DNA of 63,405 bases, counting the filler, from Anaerolineae bacterium (GTDB taxonomy: Bacteria; Chloroflexota; Anaerolineae; B4-G1; DUEL01), in assembly GCA_041082215.1 (NCBI GenBank). It is 7 parts of 7 records of this genome, joined end to end, with 100 filler letters (N's around TTAATTAATTAA, not from the genome) between each part and the next. Parts side by side here need not be neighbours in the genome. Positions count along the whole stretch, not along the records: positions 37,161 to 41,979 come from JBDOIF010000072.1; positions 42,080 to 45,899 come from JBDOIF010000078.1; 5 more parts are not named here. One strand, 5' to 3'. The first letter of the stretch is position 1. Each line of letters starts with the position of its first letter. The notes beneath the pieces are model-generated. The model was given only the letters and a program-made list of their open reading frames with translations. It ran no database searches and was not told where the DNA came from. The translations under genes were made by a program, and so were the position numbers. Below, in pieces: positions 37,325 to 45,999 of the stretch.

Positions 37325-40300
37325 CTACGGGCCAAAGTTCTGCACCACCAGCGGCAGGTAGACCTTCGGATAGCCGGTGACCGTAAGCGGCCAGTAGTAC
37401 GCCTGACCCTTCCCAGGCCGGCCGTTGTAGTCCACAATCATTACGCCCTTGGGTCGGCTGTAGAGATAACCGCCCAGGTCATTCACACCAGCTGCATAGA
37501 AGGTCTCCCGGCCGAACGGCCCTGGATTCTCGGGATAACTGGTGTCCCATCCCCACCAGAACGGCGGACGGGCGATGTCAAAGCGGCCCGCGTCGGTCAT
37601 ATCAGCGCTACCGTAGTAGTCAAAGCCGATCAGCTGGAAGTCAAAGTCGGTGTTGTCACCACCGCCGATGTCGTCCAGGCCGTTCCAGGTGGCCGGCAGG
37701 TACCACTCCATATACCCGGCGTTGTAGTCGGTGTAGATAAGGTAGGGGCTGGCCAGAGAGAGTTCCTCAGTACTCAGGTCCACCTGGACCACCACCCACG
37801 TGTCGTTGTTGCTTCCTCCGGTGGCCCGGCCGTAGTTCCAGTTGAAGTCCACGTAGTCCGCGTTGCCGTCCTCGTCCACGTCCAAGTAGAGGTCAAACTC
37901 GGCGAAGTAGGGCTGCGGCGTGTGCCAGGCCCCCCAGGTGTTGATGGCGACTACAAAGATGTCTCCATAGTTAGGGTCAGGCCCACCATAATCCACCCCT
38001 ACTAGCCGCACATCCCCGGCATCGGTTACGCCCGTCTCGTTGCCGTCCATAGCGAAGACCGGGTAGACCCACAGGCTGGAGGAGATTGGGCCGCTGTGGT
38101 AGAGGTCAAACCAGGCGTAGCCGGTCTCGTAGTCAAAGGTGGTCTGGGAGGCCAGTTCCGTGAGCCGGGTGTAGGGGCGCGGCGAGAGGTAGAAGGGCAC
38201 CCGCAGCGTCTCGGTGGGCATCGCTGCGTTGGTGAAGACGATGTAGCCGTAGTATTCTTCCAATGTCCGCATCAGGAAGGGCAACATGGTGGCGTTGATG
38301 TTCAGCGTCACCGGCACCGCGGCCGTGCCCATCGCGGGCACCTCTACCGTGATCGGGAGGCTCAGGTTCACCCCTGTCGTGCGGGAACCGGTCCCGAAAC
38401 TCCAGGTGGCGCTGTAGACTTTGGTCGCTGCGCTGAGGTTCTGGAGGGTGATGTTCTTAAGGGTGGTGTAGGTGTTGGCCTCAATGGGGAGGACGCCCCA
38501 GTTCACGCTGACCAGGTCCGGATCGCCAATGGCGAGGGTATCCACGACGACGGCCGGATAGGCCTGAATCCGTCCGGCGCCCTGGCGCGGGGTTTGCCGG
38601 GATGCAGCGGTCACCAGGTCCTTCGCGGTGTTCATCATCGCCGCCTTGACCTGCTCCGGTGTCCAGTCGGGGTGGGCCTGGCGGATCAGCGCGGCGAGGC
38701 CTGCCACGTGGGGCGCGGCCATAGAGGTGCCGCTGTAACTGACCCCACCGGTCCCTGAGCCCATTTTCGCGGCGAAGATGCCCACGCCCGGAGCGGTCAC
38801 GTCCGGCTTCAGGAAGGAGTCAAAGCCGCGCGGCCCGCGGGAACTGAAGGTGGCGATGGAATCCGCCGGGGTGTACGGGTCGGGCACCGTCTGAACTTCG
38901 CTCTCCGCTGAAACGATGACCGTCTGCCCGTGTGCGGGGATCAGGTTGAGGCCGTCCTGGCGGGCGATGAAGCCAGCGGGAATAGCCACTGGACTACCAC
39001 TCATGGTAATCCGCTCGTTCCCACCAGAGGCGTTGTTAAAGATAATCGCCCCGACCGCGCCCAGCGCAGCGGCATTGTTGACTTTCTCAAAGAAATAGCA
39101 GCCGCCCCGCTGGATCAGTGCAACGGCACCCTGCAGTTCATCACCATTGAACCCTGCAATCGTACAGAGAGTATCGGTGGTGGTAATGTTGCCAACGTAA
39201 AGCAGGGTTGCCGTGACCCGCTCGGTGAAGTGACCGGTGTTGTTGTCAAACGCTGGCGGCTGGTAGATAATGTTGGTCTGGGTGAGGTAGGTGGTGCCGG
39301 AGATGGAGAGGGTCGGGCCGGTGGCGTAGCCGGTGGTGCTGGCGGCGACAGCGATGGCCGAATCGGCCGCAGCGGGAGTGCCATGAATGTAGGAGACGTT
39401 CCCCGCGTTCCCTGCGCTGGCCACCACAACCACCCCCAGCGCCGAGGCGTTATTGACGGCGATGATTTCGGGGTCCGTGGGATCGTTGGGGCCATAGTCC
39501 GCGCCCAGCGACATGTTGATGACATCCACACGGTCGGAGACATCACCGTCCCCGTTCGGGTCCATCGCCCACTCAATGGCGTCAATGACCAGGTTGGTGG
39601 ACCCGGCGGGCTCGCCGAAGACTTTCAGGGCGTAGAGCAGGGCCTGGGGGGCCACACCGGGACCGAAGACACCCTCCACCCCGATACCGGCGGCTGTGGA
39701 GGCGACGTGAGTGCCGTGGCCATCACCGTCTATGGGGTCCGGATCGGGAACCGGAGTGTTGAGGGCCGGGTCATCCGAACTGGCGTCGTAGTTGGGGCCA
39801 GCAAAGTCGTACCCGCCGATGACCTTGGCGGTGGGGAAGGTCCCTGGTTCTATGACCTGATGGTCATCGTTGGCATAGTCCTCTGGATCCCCGCTTCCGC
39901 CCAGCGCGGCGTGGTAGTAGTCAATGCCAGAGTCAATGACAGCGATGGTGACCCCGTCACCGTCGTAGCCCAGGTCCGCCCACACTTGAGGAGCGCCGAT
40001 CAGGGGGACGCTGGCGGAGAGGTCGGGACGATGTTCGGGAGCCCGGTGGACAGCCCTGACCCCGGGGAGGCTCCGAATCTGGGCCAGTTGGCGGAGCGGG
40101 ACCCGTACCAGGAAGCCGTTGTAGACCCTCTGGTAGCGGGAGAGAACGCGGGCGCCGAGGGCCTTCAGTTGCGGCTCCAGTTTGTCCTGGGCTTGCCGGA
40201 GGGTCTCCACATACCCTTTCTGGGCCGTGGCCGACATCGCGCCGACGCCACCCCGTTCGGCCAGTTTAGCGGCCAGCGGCGGCGCCTCCAGTTCCACGAT

Positions 40301-40609
40301 AACGGCGACCTCGCGGTCCACGAAGGATTCCAGCGCGTGCGGGATCCGTCCGCCGTTAAGAAGGACAAATTCCTCCACCGTCATTCCCTTTTCAAAAAGG
40401 GCAACGATTTCCGGGGGAACCTCTTCCAGTCCGGCGGGAGGCACACGGGGTGCGCGGGTGATTTCCGGTTGCGAGGGCTGCTGGGCCGGGGCGGCGGAGG
40501 AGTCCTCAGGCCGCGCTGGCTGCGCGCTGACGGTGGCCGCGGCCATACTGAGGATCATCGCCAGCACAACCAGCAGGCTGAACCAGTGCCATATATGTTT
40601 GGGCCTCAT
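37325..40609 (-). CDS. Secreted S8 (subtilisin/Vpr-like) serine peptidase with I9 propeptide and PA domain
   Basis: Signal peptide; triad VIDSGID / HGTHVA / GTSMAAPHVAG; ALIQRGGC.F.EK PA motif; C-terminal VYLPLVVQN. Confidence 0.95.
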   Translation of the reverse strand: MRPKHIWHWFSLLVVLAMILSMAAATVSAQPARPEDSSAAPAQQPSQPEITRAPRVPPAGLEEVPPEIVALFEKGMTVEEFVLLNGGRIPHALESFVDREVAVIVELEAPPLAAKLAERGGVGAMSATAQKGYVETLRQAQDKLEPQLKALGARVLSRYQRVYNGFLVRVPLRQLAQIRSLPGVRAVHRAPEHRPDLSASVPLIGAPQVWADLGYDGDGVTIAVIDSGIDYYHAALGGSGDPEDYANDDHQVIEPGTFPTAKVIGGYDFAGPNYDASSDDPALNTPVPDPDPIDGDGHGTHVASTAAGIGVEGVFGPGVAPQALLYALKVFGEPAGSTNLVIDAIEWAMDPNGDGDVSDRVDVINMSLGADYGPNDPTDPEIIAVNNASALGVVVVASAGNAGNVSYIHGTPAAADSAIAVAASTTGYATGPTLSISGTTYLTQTNIIYQPPAFDNNTGHFTERVTATLLYVGNITTTDTLCTIAGFNGDELQGAVALIQRGGCYFFEKVNNAAALGAVGAIIFNNASGGNERITMSGSPVAIPAGFIARQDGLNLIPAHGQTVIVSAESEVQTVPDPYTPADSIATFSSRGPRGFDSFLKPDVTAPGVGIFAAKMGSGTGGVSYSGTSMAAPHVAGLAALIRQAHPDWTPEQVKAAMMNTAKDLVTAASRQTPRQGAGRIQAYPAVVVDTLAIGDPDLVSVNWGVLPIEANTYTTLKNITLQNLSAATKVYSATWSFGTGSRTTGVNLSLPITVEVPAMGTAAVPVTLNINATMLPFLMRTLEEYYGYIVFTNAAMPTETLRVPFYLSPRPYTRLTELASQTTFDYETGYAWFDLYHSGPISSSLWVYPVFAMDGNETGVTDAGDVRLVGVDYGGPDPNYGDIFVVAINTWGAWHTPQPYFAEFDLYLDVDEDGNADYVDFNWNYGRATGGSNNDTWVVVQVDLSTEELSLASPYLIYTDYNAGYMEWYLPATWNGLDDIGGGDNTDFDFQLIGFDYYGSADMTDAGRFDIARPPFWWGWDTSYPENPGPFGRETFYAAGVNDLGGYLYSRPKGVMIVDYNGRPGKGQAYYWPLTVTGYPKVYLPLVVQNFGP

Positions 40610-40814
40610 TGTGACCTCCTACTTAAGATGAGAGAATTGACGAGGGGAAAATACTGAGGGCGAAGACGTGTTGTATGTCAGACATCACCTCCTTTTACAA
40701 GAACTCCTACTGTACAAAACATGCCGTAGAACAAGCCTCCTGGCTTGTCTAGGCGCAGTGCAGCCGTCGCTCTGTGTACAAGGGGTGGTACCTCTTCACG
40801 CGAAGTAAGTTACG

Positions 40815-40842
40815 ATTATATCCTTCCTGATGGTGTTGTCAA
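40815..40842 (-). promoter_or_regulatory. Sigma70 promoter of the S8 protease gene (~200-nt leader)
   Basis: Minus strand perfect TTGACA-16 bp-TATAAT. Confidence 0.8.
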
Positions 40843-40866
40843 GCTATATCGCCTGCATTCTGTCGA

Positions 40867-41058
40867 AGGTGTATTTCAGTCTGTGGGCGAGATGTCCCTG
40901 GCCCGAGCCGGACCTGGGGAAACACGAATGGCGCGAATGCAAACGAATACCGCAAATGGAGCAGGTATCCCTCCTGCTCGCTATATTCGGGCCATTCGTG
41001 GGATTCGCGATCCACCGGCGAGCGAGAGGACCACTCGCCCCGAAACTGAAATACGTCC
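40867..41058. mobile_element. MITE-like element, copy 3 (full length, no clear flanking repeat)
   Basis: AGGTGTATTTCAGTCTGTGGGCGAG ... CTCGCCCCGAAACTGAAATACGTCC with same core. Confidence 0.85.
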
Positions 41059-41105
41059 TGCGCTCGCAACAAGCGCCCTTCGTCGGCCTGCGCCGACGGC
41101 CTTTT

Positions 41106-41194
41106 CACCACAAAGGTCACAAAGGGTTCACGAAGGGCACGAAGGGGTGTTCAAGAACGCTCAAACCTTCGTGCCCTTCATGTCCTTCGTGGTT
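41106..41194. repeat. 9-bp-period inverted repeat (CAC(A/G)AAGG ... CCTTCGTG), overlapping uvsE 3' end
   Basis: CACAAAGGT CACAAAGGG TT CACGAAGGG CACGAAGG ... CCTTCGTGC CCTTCATGT CCTTCGTGG. Confidence 0.8.
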
Positions 41195-41979
41195 TTCAAA
41201 ATCTCCAGCGCCCGCAGCGCGCTCCGCTCCTTGTCCTTCACCTCCAGCATCAGGTCAAAATCGTGGGGACGGCTTTCCTCCAGGAACCGGCGGAAGTGGG
41301 CCTCGTCCAGCGCATGCGCGTGGCTCCCCGGACGGCCGCCGGGGAGAGGGGAGGAGTAGTCCACCATCGGCGGGCCGTCCTGGGGCCCCCAGGTCGCCGC
41401 GGCCGCCGCCAGCGCCTCCGAAAGCGTCTGCCCGTCCGGATAGACCTCCCGGTGGAAGACGTCCAGCAGGACGGGCAGGCCCGTCTCCCCGCTCACCGCC
41501 AGACAATCGTCCAGATTGAAGAGCCGCTCGTCGTTCTCCACGACCAGCCGGGCCCGCACCGCCGGGTCCAGATGCTCCACCTCCCGGACAAAGCGCGCCA
41601 GCGCGGCCTTCTTTTCCCCGTAGAGGCCGCCGATGTGAATCTGTACCTTCGCCGTCCGGTCCAGGCCCAGGAGGTCCAGGACGCGGGCGTGGTAGGCCAG
41701 GTCCGCATGCGCCACCGCCACCACCTCCGGGCGAGGGGAGTTGAGCAGGGTGTACTGGCCCGGATGCATGCTGATGCGCATCCCGGCGGCGCGGATGAAC
41801 GCGCCGATGCGGGCAAAGTCCGGAGCGAAGAACTCGTCCCAGGGGAAGTGGTTGGCCGGGTGGGAGGCCAGCGGCACCAGGTCGGAGGTGATGCGGAAGA
41901 AGAACAGGCCCCGCTCGGCGTTCCAGCGCAGGATGCGCTCCAGACAGGCCAGGTTTCCGACCACCGTCTCCCGCAGCCG
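41161..41979 (-). CDS. uvsE: UV DNA damage repair endonuclease (N-terminus lost at contig end)
   Basis: FFRITSDLVP.ASH, RISMHPGQY..LNSP, QIHIGG, VENDE, HAH, MLEVKDKE. Confidence 0.92.
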   Translation of the reverse strand, partial: RLRETVVGNLACLERILRWNAERGLFFFRITSDLVPLASHPANHFPWDEFFAPDFARIGAFIRAAGMRISMHPGQYTLLNSPRPEVVAVAHADLAYHARVLDLLGLDRTAKVQIHIGGLYGEKKAALARFVREVEHLDPAVRARLVVENDERLFNLDDCLAVSGETGLPVLLDVFHREVYPDGQTLSEALAAAAATWGPQDGPPMVDYSSPLPGGRPGSHAHALDEAHFRRFLEESRPHDFDLMLEVKDKERSALRALEILKTTKDMKGTKV

Positions 41980-42079
41980 NNNNNNNNNNNNNNNNNNNNN
42001 NNNNNNNNNNNNNNNNNNNNNNNTTAATTAATTAANNNNNNNNNNNNNNNNNNNNNNNNNNNNNNNNNNNNNNNNNNNN
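41980..42079. other. Artificial contig spacer
   Basis: N-run + TTAATTAATTAA + N-run. Confidence 0.99.
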
Positions 42080-42117
42080 AGCCCTTCCCTCAGCGTGATG
42101 AGCAAAGACGGAAGCAT
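42080..42117 (-). CDS. FTR1/EfeU family iron permease, first 12 codons only
   Basis: Not in ORF track. [10 protein letters not shown] then MLPSLLITLREG(L), the start of the REGLE iron-permease motif. Confidence 0.65.
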
Positions 42118-42260
42118 TTCTCCTCCCTGCTGTGAGTATAAACCTGCAGGCGCGGGCGAATCGCCCGATGCGTCAATCTTCATGAGAATACACCAACGGG
42201 AGAGCCCCAGGTAGCGCCGTTTACCCGGTATCTGACCCCGCCAAATGGCGGGGAAAACGA

Positions 42261-42292
42261 ACCACCCACAGGTTTGGAAACCTGTGGGAGGT
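42261..42292. repeat. Palindrome CCCACAGGTTT-gg-AAACCTGTGGG (REP-like; possible terminator of Crp/Fnr gene)
   Basis: 11-bp perfect stem. Confidence 0.6.
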
Positions 42293-42324
42293 CCTGTGAA
42301 CCGCGTGCTCTGCCGGTTGGGATT

Positions 42325-43017
42325 TTACTTCTCCGCCTCCGCCTCCAGCCCCTCCCGGTCCAGCAGGATAATCCGGTGGCCTTCTATCTTCAGGAGGCCC
42401 GCGTCGGCGAAGGCGCGCAGAGTCCGTCCCACCACCTCCCGCACAGTGCCGATCTGAGCGGCAATTTCCTCCTGCGTCCAGCGCCGGACGACCGTTGTTG
42501 CGCCCGCCTCCCCCTCCTTATCTCCCTCCGCGTGCTCCAGCAGGAAGCGCGCCAGGCGCCCCCGCACCGTCCGCAGTGAAAGGTCCTCCACCAGGCGGCT
42601 CAGCCGGTCCAGCCGGCGGGCGAAATCCACCAGCAGCACCCGGGCCAGTTCCGGGCACTCGTCCACCAGTCGGAGAAAGTCCGGAACCGCAACGGTGTAG
42701 AGGACGGCAGGCGTCAGGGCCTGAACGGTGGCGTGGTTGACCCTTCGGGGCAGAAACGGAGGGACGGTGTTCAATGCGCCTCCCGGCCCCAGCCGGGCCA
42801 GCACCTGCTCCCGACCGTCCGCCGCCGTCCGCACCACGCGCACTTCCCCCTCAGCGACGAAGAAAACCTCCCGGCAAGGCTCTCCTTCCAGGATGACCAT
42901 CTCGCCAGGTTCAAAGGTGCGGCGCACAACCATTTCCGCCAGCCGACGGAGCACCCGTTCGGGGAGGGCACAGAAGAGGGGCACACGCTGGAGCGCCTGA
43001 ATCGTCCGTTCGTCCAT
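42325..43017 (-). CDS. Crp/Fnr family transcriptional regulator
   Basis: cNMP-like domain, VRGRLARFLL, TQEEIAAQIGTVREVVGR HTH; no Fnr Cys cluster. Confidence 0.92.
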   Translation of the reverse strand: MDERTIQALQRVPLFCALPERVLRRLAEMVVRRTFEPGEMVILEGEPCREVFFVAEGEVRVVRTAADGREQVLARLGPGGALNTVPPFLPRRVNHATVQALTPAVLYTVAVPDFLRLVDECPELARVLLVDFARRLDRLSRLVEDLSLRTVRGRLARFLLEHAEGDKEGEAGATTVVRRWTQEEIAAQIGTVREVVGRTLRAFADAGLLKIEGHRIILLDREGLEAEAEK

Positions 43018-43094
43018 AACCTGAAGAAGGAGCTTCACCGCTACAAGAGCTGTCTTGAGATTACAATAGCTCCCTCGATCTGTCAACCGGGAAA

Positions 43095-43137
43095 TGGGAC
43101 TTTTGTCATAGACACAGAGCTATCTCTCTACTATACT
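43095..43137 (+). promoter_or_regulatory. Crp/Fnr box plus -10 element for the ferredoxin-fprA operon
   Basis: aaaTGGGA-cttttg-TCATA (43095-43110) and TATACT (43132-43137); box centred about -41.5 from the expected start. Confidence 0.65.
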
Positions 43138-43144
43138 GGCTAAT

Positions 43145-43172
43145 GTGGGACAACTGCTCGCAGTTGTCCCAC
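43145..43172. repeat. GTGG-type REP-like palindrome (relative at 51754-51803)
   Basis: GTGGGACAACTGC-tc-GCAGTTGTCCCAC 13-bp perfect stem. Confidence 0.7.
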
Positions 43173-43209
43173 CTGCGAACCGCGGTTGTACAATTTCCGG
43201 ACTATTCTT

Positions 43210-43434
43210 ATGAACGAGCGAGTGCTTCCCCAAATCAACCTGCTACTTTGCAACCGGTGTGGGGCCTGTATCTTCGCCTGCCCGGTCCATGCGGTGGAGA
43301 TGGGGCCTCAGGGCCCCGTCATCGCCCGCCCGGAGGACTGCACCTATTGCGCGGAATGCGAAACGTACTGTCCCACGGGCGCAATCTCCGCAGCGTATGA
43401 GATCATGTGGGGCTCACCCGAAGGGGGTGGCTGA
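43210..43434 (+). CDS. 2x[4Fe-4S] ferredoxin
   Basis: CNRCGAC...CP and CTYCAEC...CP. Confidence 0.9.
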   Translation: MNERVLPQINLLLCNRCGACIFACPVHAVEMGPQGPVIARPEDCTYCAECETYCPTGAISAAYEIMWGSPEGGG

Positions 43435-44642
43435 TGGCTGTTCCGGTTGCCGAAAACGTCTACTGGGTCGGCGCGGTGGATTGGGAGGTGCGCCACTTTC
43501 ACGGCTACACCTATCATACCCATCGCGGCACGTCCTACAACGCCTATCTGGTCGTGGACGAACAGGTCGCGCTGGTGGATACGGTGATGCGCGGGTTTGA
43601 GGGTGAAATGCTCCGCCACATCGCCGAGGTGGTGGACCCGGCGCGCATAGACTACGTCGTCGCAAACCACGGAGAACTGGATCACTCCGGAGCGATCCCC
43701 GCCGTGATGGCCCGCGCGCCGCATGCCACACTGGTCCACTCCAAACGGGCCGCCGACTCCCTGGGCAAGTACCTGCCCGACGGATGGAAGCGGCGGGTCG
43801 TCGGCACGGGCGATACTCTCTCCCTGGGTCGCAAGACGCTGACGTTCCTGGAAGCGCCCATGCTCCACTGGCCCGACTCTATGTTCACCTGCATCCCCGA
43901 AGACAAACTGCTCCTGCCCAACGACGCCTTCGGCCAGCACCTGGCCTCGGCGGAGCGCTTCGCCGACCAGGTGGACCCCGCCGTCCTCTGGGACGAGGCG
44001 CGCAAGTACTTCGCCAATATCCTCACTCCCTTCAGCAAACTCATCCTGCGCAAGATTGAGGAAGTCCAGCAGATGGGGCTGGAGATTGCGACCATCGCGC
44101 CCAGCCACGGCGTGGTCTGGCGGAAGAACCCGATGCAGATTGTGGAGCAGTACATCCGCTGGGCGCGCGGCGAGGCCGGGCCGAAGGCCCTGGTCGTCTA
44201 CGAGACGATGTGGGGCTCCACCGCCGAGATGGCCCACGCGATTGCCGAAGGGATTGCCGGCACCGGCATAGAAGTGCGCGTGCTTCCCGTCCCCCAGACG
44301 GACCACACCACCGTGGTGGGGGAACTGCTGGAGGCGAAGGGCATCGTCGTCGGCTCGCCCACCCACAACCGCCGGATGCTCTTAAACGTGGCGGCGCTGA
44401 TGGAGGACCTGATCGGCCTGCGGCCAGTGAACAAGATCGGCGCGGCCTTCGGTTCCCACGGCTGGTCCGGCGGCGCGGTGCCGCTGATAGAGCAGGGGCT
44501 GAAGGAAGCCGGGATTGAGGTCGTCCAGGAGGGGCTGGCGCTGGCCTGGCGACCCACCCCCGAGGAGCGGGCTCAGGCTGCTGCGTGGGGACAGGCGTTT
44601 GGAAAGCGAGTGATGGAAACCCTTTCAGGAGGTAAACCATGA
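43434..44642 (+). CDS. fprA: Flavodiiron protein (FprA, O2/NO reductase)
   Basis: GTSYNAYL, HGELDHSG, HWPDSM, NDAFGQH, PSHG, flavodoxin domain with GSHGWSG. Confidence 0.95.
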   Translation: MAVPVAENVYWVGAVDWEVRHFHGYTYHTHRGTSYNAYLVVDEQVALVDTVMRGFEGEMLRHIAEVVDPARIDYVVANHGELDHSGAIPAVMARAPHATLVHSKRAADSLGKYLPDGWKRRVVGTGDTLSLGRKTLTFLEAPMLHWPDSMFTCIPEDKLLLPNDAFGQHLASAERFADQVDPAVLWDEARKYFANILTPFSKLILRKIEEVQQMGLEIATIAPSHGVVWRKNPMQIVEQYIRWARGEAGPKALVVYETMWGSTAEMAHAIAEGIAGTGIEVRVLPVPQTDHTTVVGELLEAKGIVVGSPTHNRRMLLNVAALMEDLIGLRPVNKIGAAFGSHGWSGGAVPLIEQGLKEAGIEVVQEGLALAWRPTPEERAQAAAWGQAFGKRVMETLSGGKP

Positions 44643-45184
44643 GGCCGACAGAAATCCTGATGCATGAGCATCAGATTATCCTGACCGTTCTGGACGCCGC
44701 TGCGCGGGAGGTGCAGCGGATGCAGGAGACGGGGGAGGTGCGGACCCAGCGGCTGGAGCAGATGGTGGACTTCTTCCGCAACTTCGCCGACCGCTGTCAC
44801 CACGCTAAGGAGGAAAACCTGCTCTTTGTGCGGATGGAGGAGCGAGGGATGCCCCGGGAGGCCGGCCCCATCGGCGTGATGCTCTACGAGCACGACCTGG
44901 GGCGGGGATACGTGCGCGCCGTGGCGGAGGCGCTCCCCCGCGCAGGAAACGACCCGGCTGCACGACGGGCGGTCCAGGAGAACCTGGCCCGGTACGTCCA
45001 GTTGCTGCGGGACCACATCTACAAGGAGGACCACATCCTCTACCCGATGGCGGACGGGTTGCTCCTGCCCGAAGACCAGCAGGCGCTGGAGACGGCCTTT
45101 GAGCGGGTGGAGCGGGAGGAAATCGGCGAGGGTGTGCACGAAAAGTACCACGAACTGGCCCACCAGTTGGCGGAGGAGGGATGA
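44639..45184 (+). CDS. Hemerythrin (HHE) domain protein
   Basis: EHQ.I, CHHAKEE.LLF, GPI.VML.EH, HIYKED.ILYP. Confidence 0.9.
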   Translation: MRPTEILMHEHQIILTVLDAAAREVQRMQETGEVRTQRLEQMVDFFRNFADRCHHAKEENLLFVRMEERGMPREAGPIGVMLYEHDLGRGYVRAVAEALPRAGNDPAARRAVQENLARYVQLLRDHIYKEDHILYPMADGLLLPEDQQALETAFERVEREEIGEGVHEKYHELAHQLAEEG

Positions 45185-45504
45185 TAGAAGTCCGACTGTA
45201 TGGCAGACTGCGCCGCTTCGGGCCTGACCCGCGCGGCGACCGGGAGACGGTGGTCCGCCTGGAGACGGAACCCGGGGAGACCGTCGGAGATGTGCTGGCG
45301 CGGCTGGGCATCCCCCAGGCGGAGATCGCCCACATCTTTCTCAACGGCCAGCTCCTGACCACCTGCAACTCTATGGCTCCCTGGCTCCGCTATCAGCGGG
45401 TCCGGGAGGACGTCCCCACCTGCGAGCCCAACCTGGACCACCCCCTGCACGACGGCGACCGGCTGGGCCTCTTCGGCCGGGATATGGCGATGCTGGTGGT
45501 GTGA
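45181..45504 (+). CDS. MoaD/ThiS-like beta-grasp protein lacking C-terminal GG
   Basis: IEVRLYG.LRR, GETVGDVL..LGIP, IFLNG, L.DGDRLGLF; ends MAMLVV. Confidence 0.7.
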   Translation: MIEVRLYGRLRRFGPDPRGDRETVVRLETEPGETVGDVLARLGIPQAEIAHIFLNGQLLTTCNSMAPWLRYQRVREDVPTCEPNLDHPLHDGDRLGLFGRDMAMLVV

Positions 45505-45557
45505 CAGGGAGCAGGTCGCAGAGCGCACGGAGTACGGAATACGCAACACGCAATACG

Positions 45558-45899
45558 ATGTACGAAGCATTCAGCACCGAGTATGACCGCTTCGTGAACT
45601 GGCCCGCCCGGCTGGCGGCGGAACTGCCGTTTATTGAACGGGCCGTAGCACAGGCTGACAGCCTGCGCTACGTCCTGGATGCCGCCTGTGGGACCGGGAT
45701 GCACGCGGTGGCGCTGGCCCAGCGGGGCTGGCAGGTAACCGGTGCCGACCTAAGCCCCGAGATGATTGCCCGCGCCCGGGCCAACGCGCGGGCCGCCGGA
45801 GTGGAGGTCCGCTTTGAGGTCGCCGGATTCGGCGAACTCTCTGCTTGCTTCGGCGGCGGCTTTGACGGCGTCCTCTGCCTGGGCAACTCCCTGCCCCAC
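45558..45899 (+). CDS. Class I SAM-dependent methyltransferase (truncated by contig end)
   Basis: VLDAACGTG, GADLS..M, FDGVLCLGNSLPH; alternative GTG start at 45501. Confidence 0.88.
45645..45671. repeat. GTAG-type REP-like palindrome in frame inside the methyltransferase
   Basis: GTAGCACAGGCTGACAGCCTGCGCTAC, encodes VAQADSLRY. Confidence 0.75.
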
Positions 45900-45999
45900 N
45901 NNNNNNNNNNNNNNNNNNNNNNNNNNNNNNNNNNNNNNNNNNNTTAATTAATTAANNNNNNNNNNNNNNNNNNNNNNNNNNNNNNNNNNNNNNNNNNNN
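45900..45999. other. Artificial contig spacer
   Basis: N-run + TTAATTAATTAA + N-run. Confidence 0.99.

Noticed and set aside
40684..40695. 16S rRNA 3' end (ATCACCTCCTTT)
   Set aside because: Only 12 nt match with no flanking rRNA sequence; it is an SD motif on the minus strand
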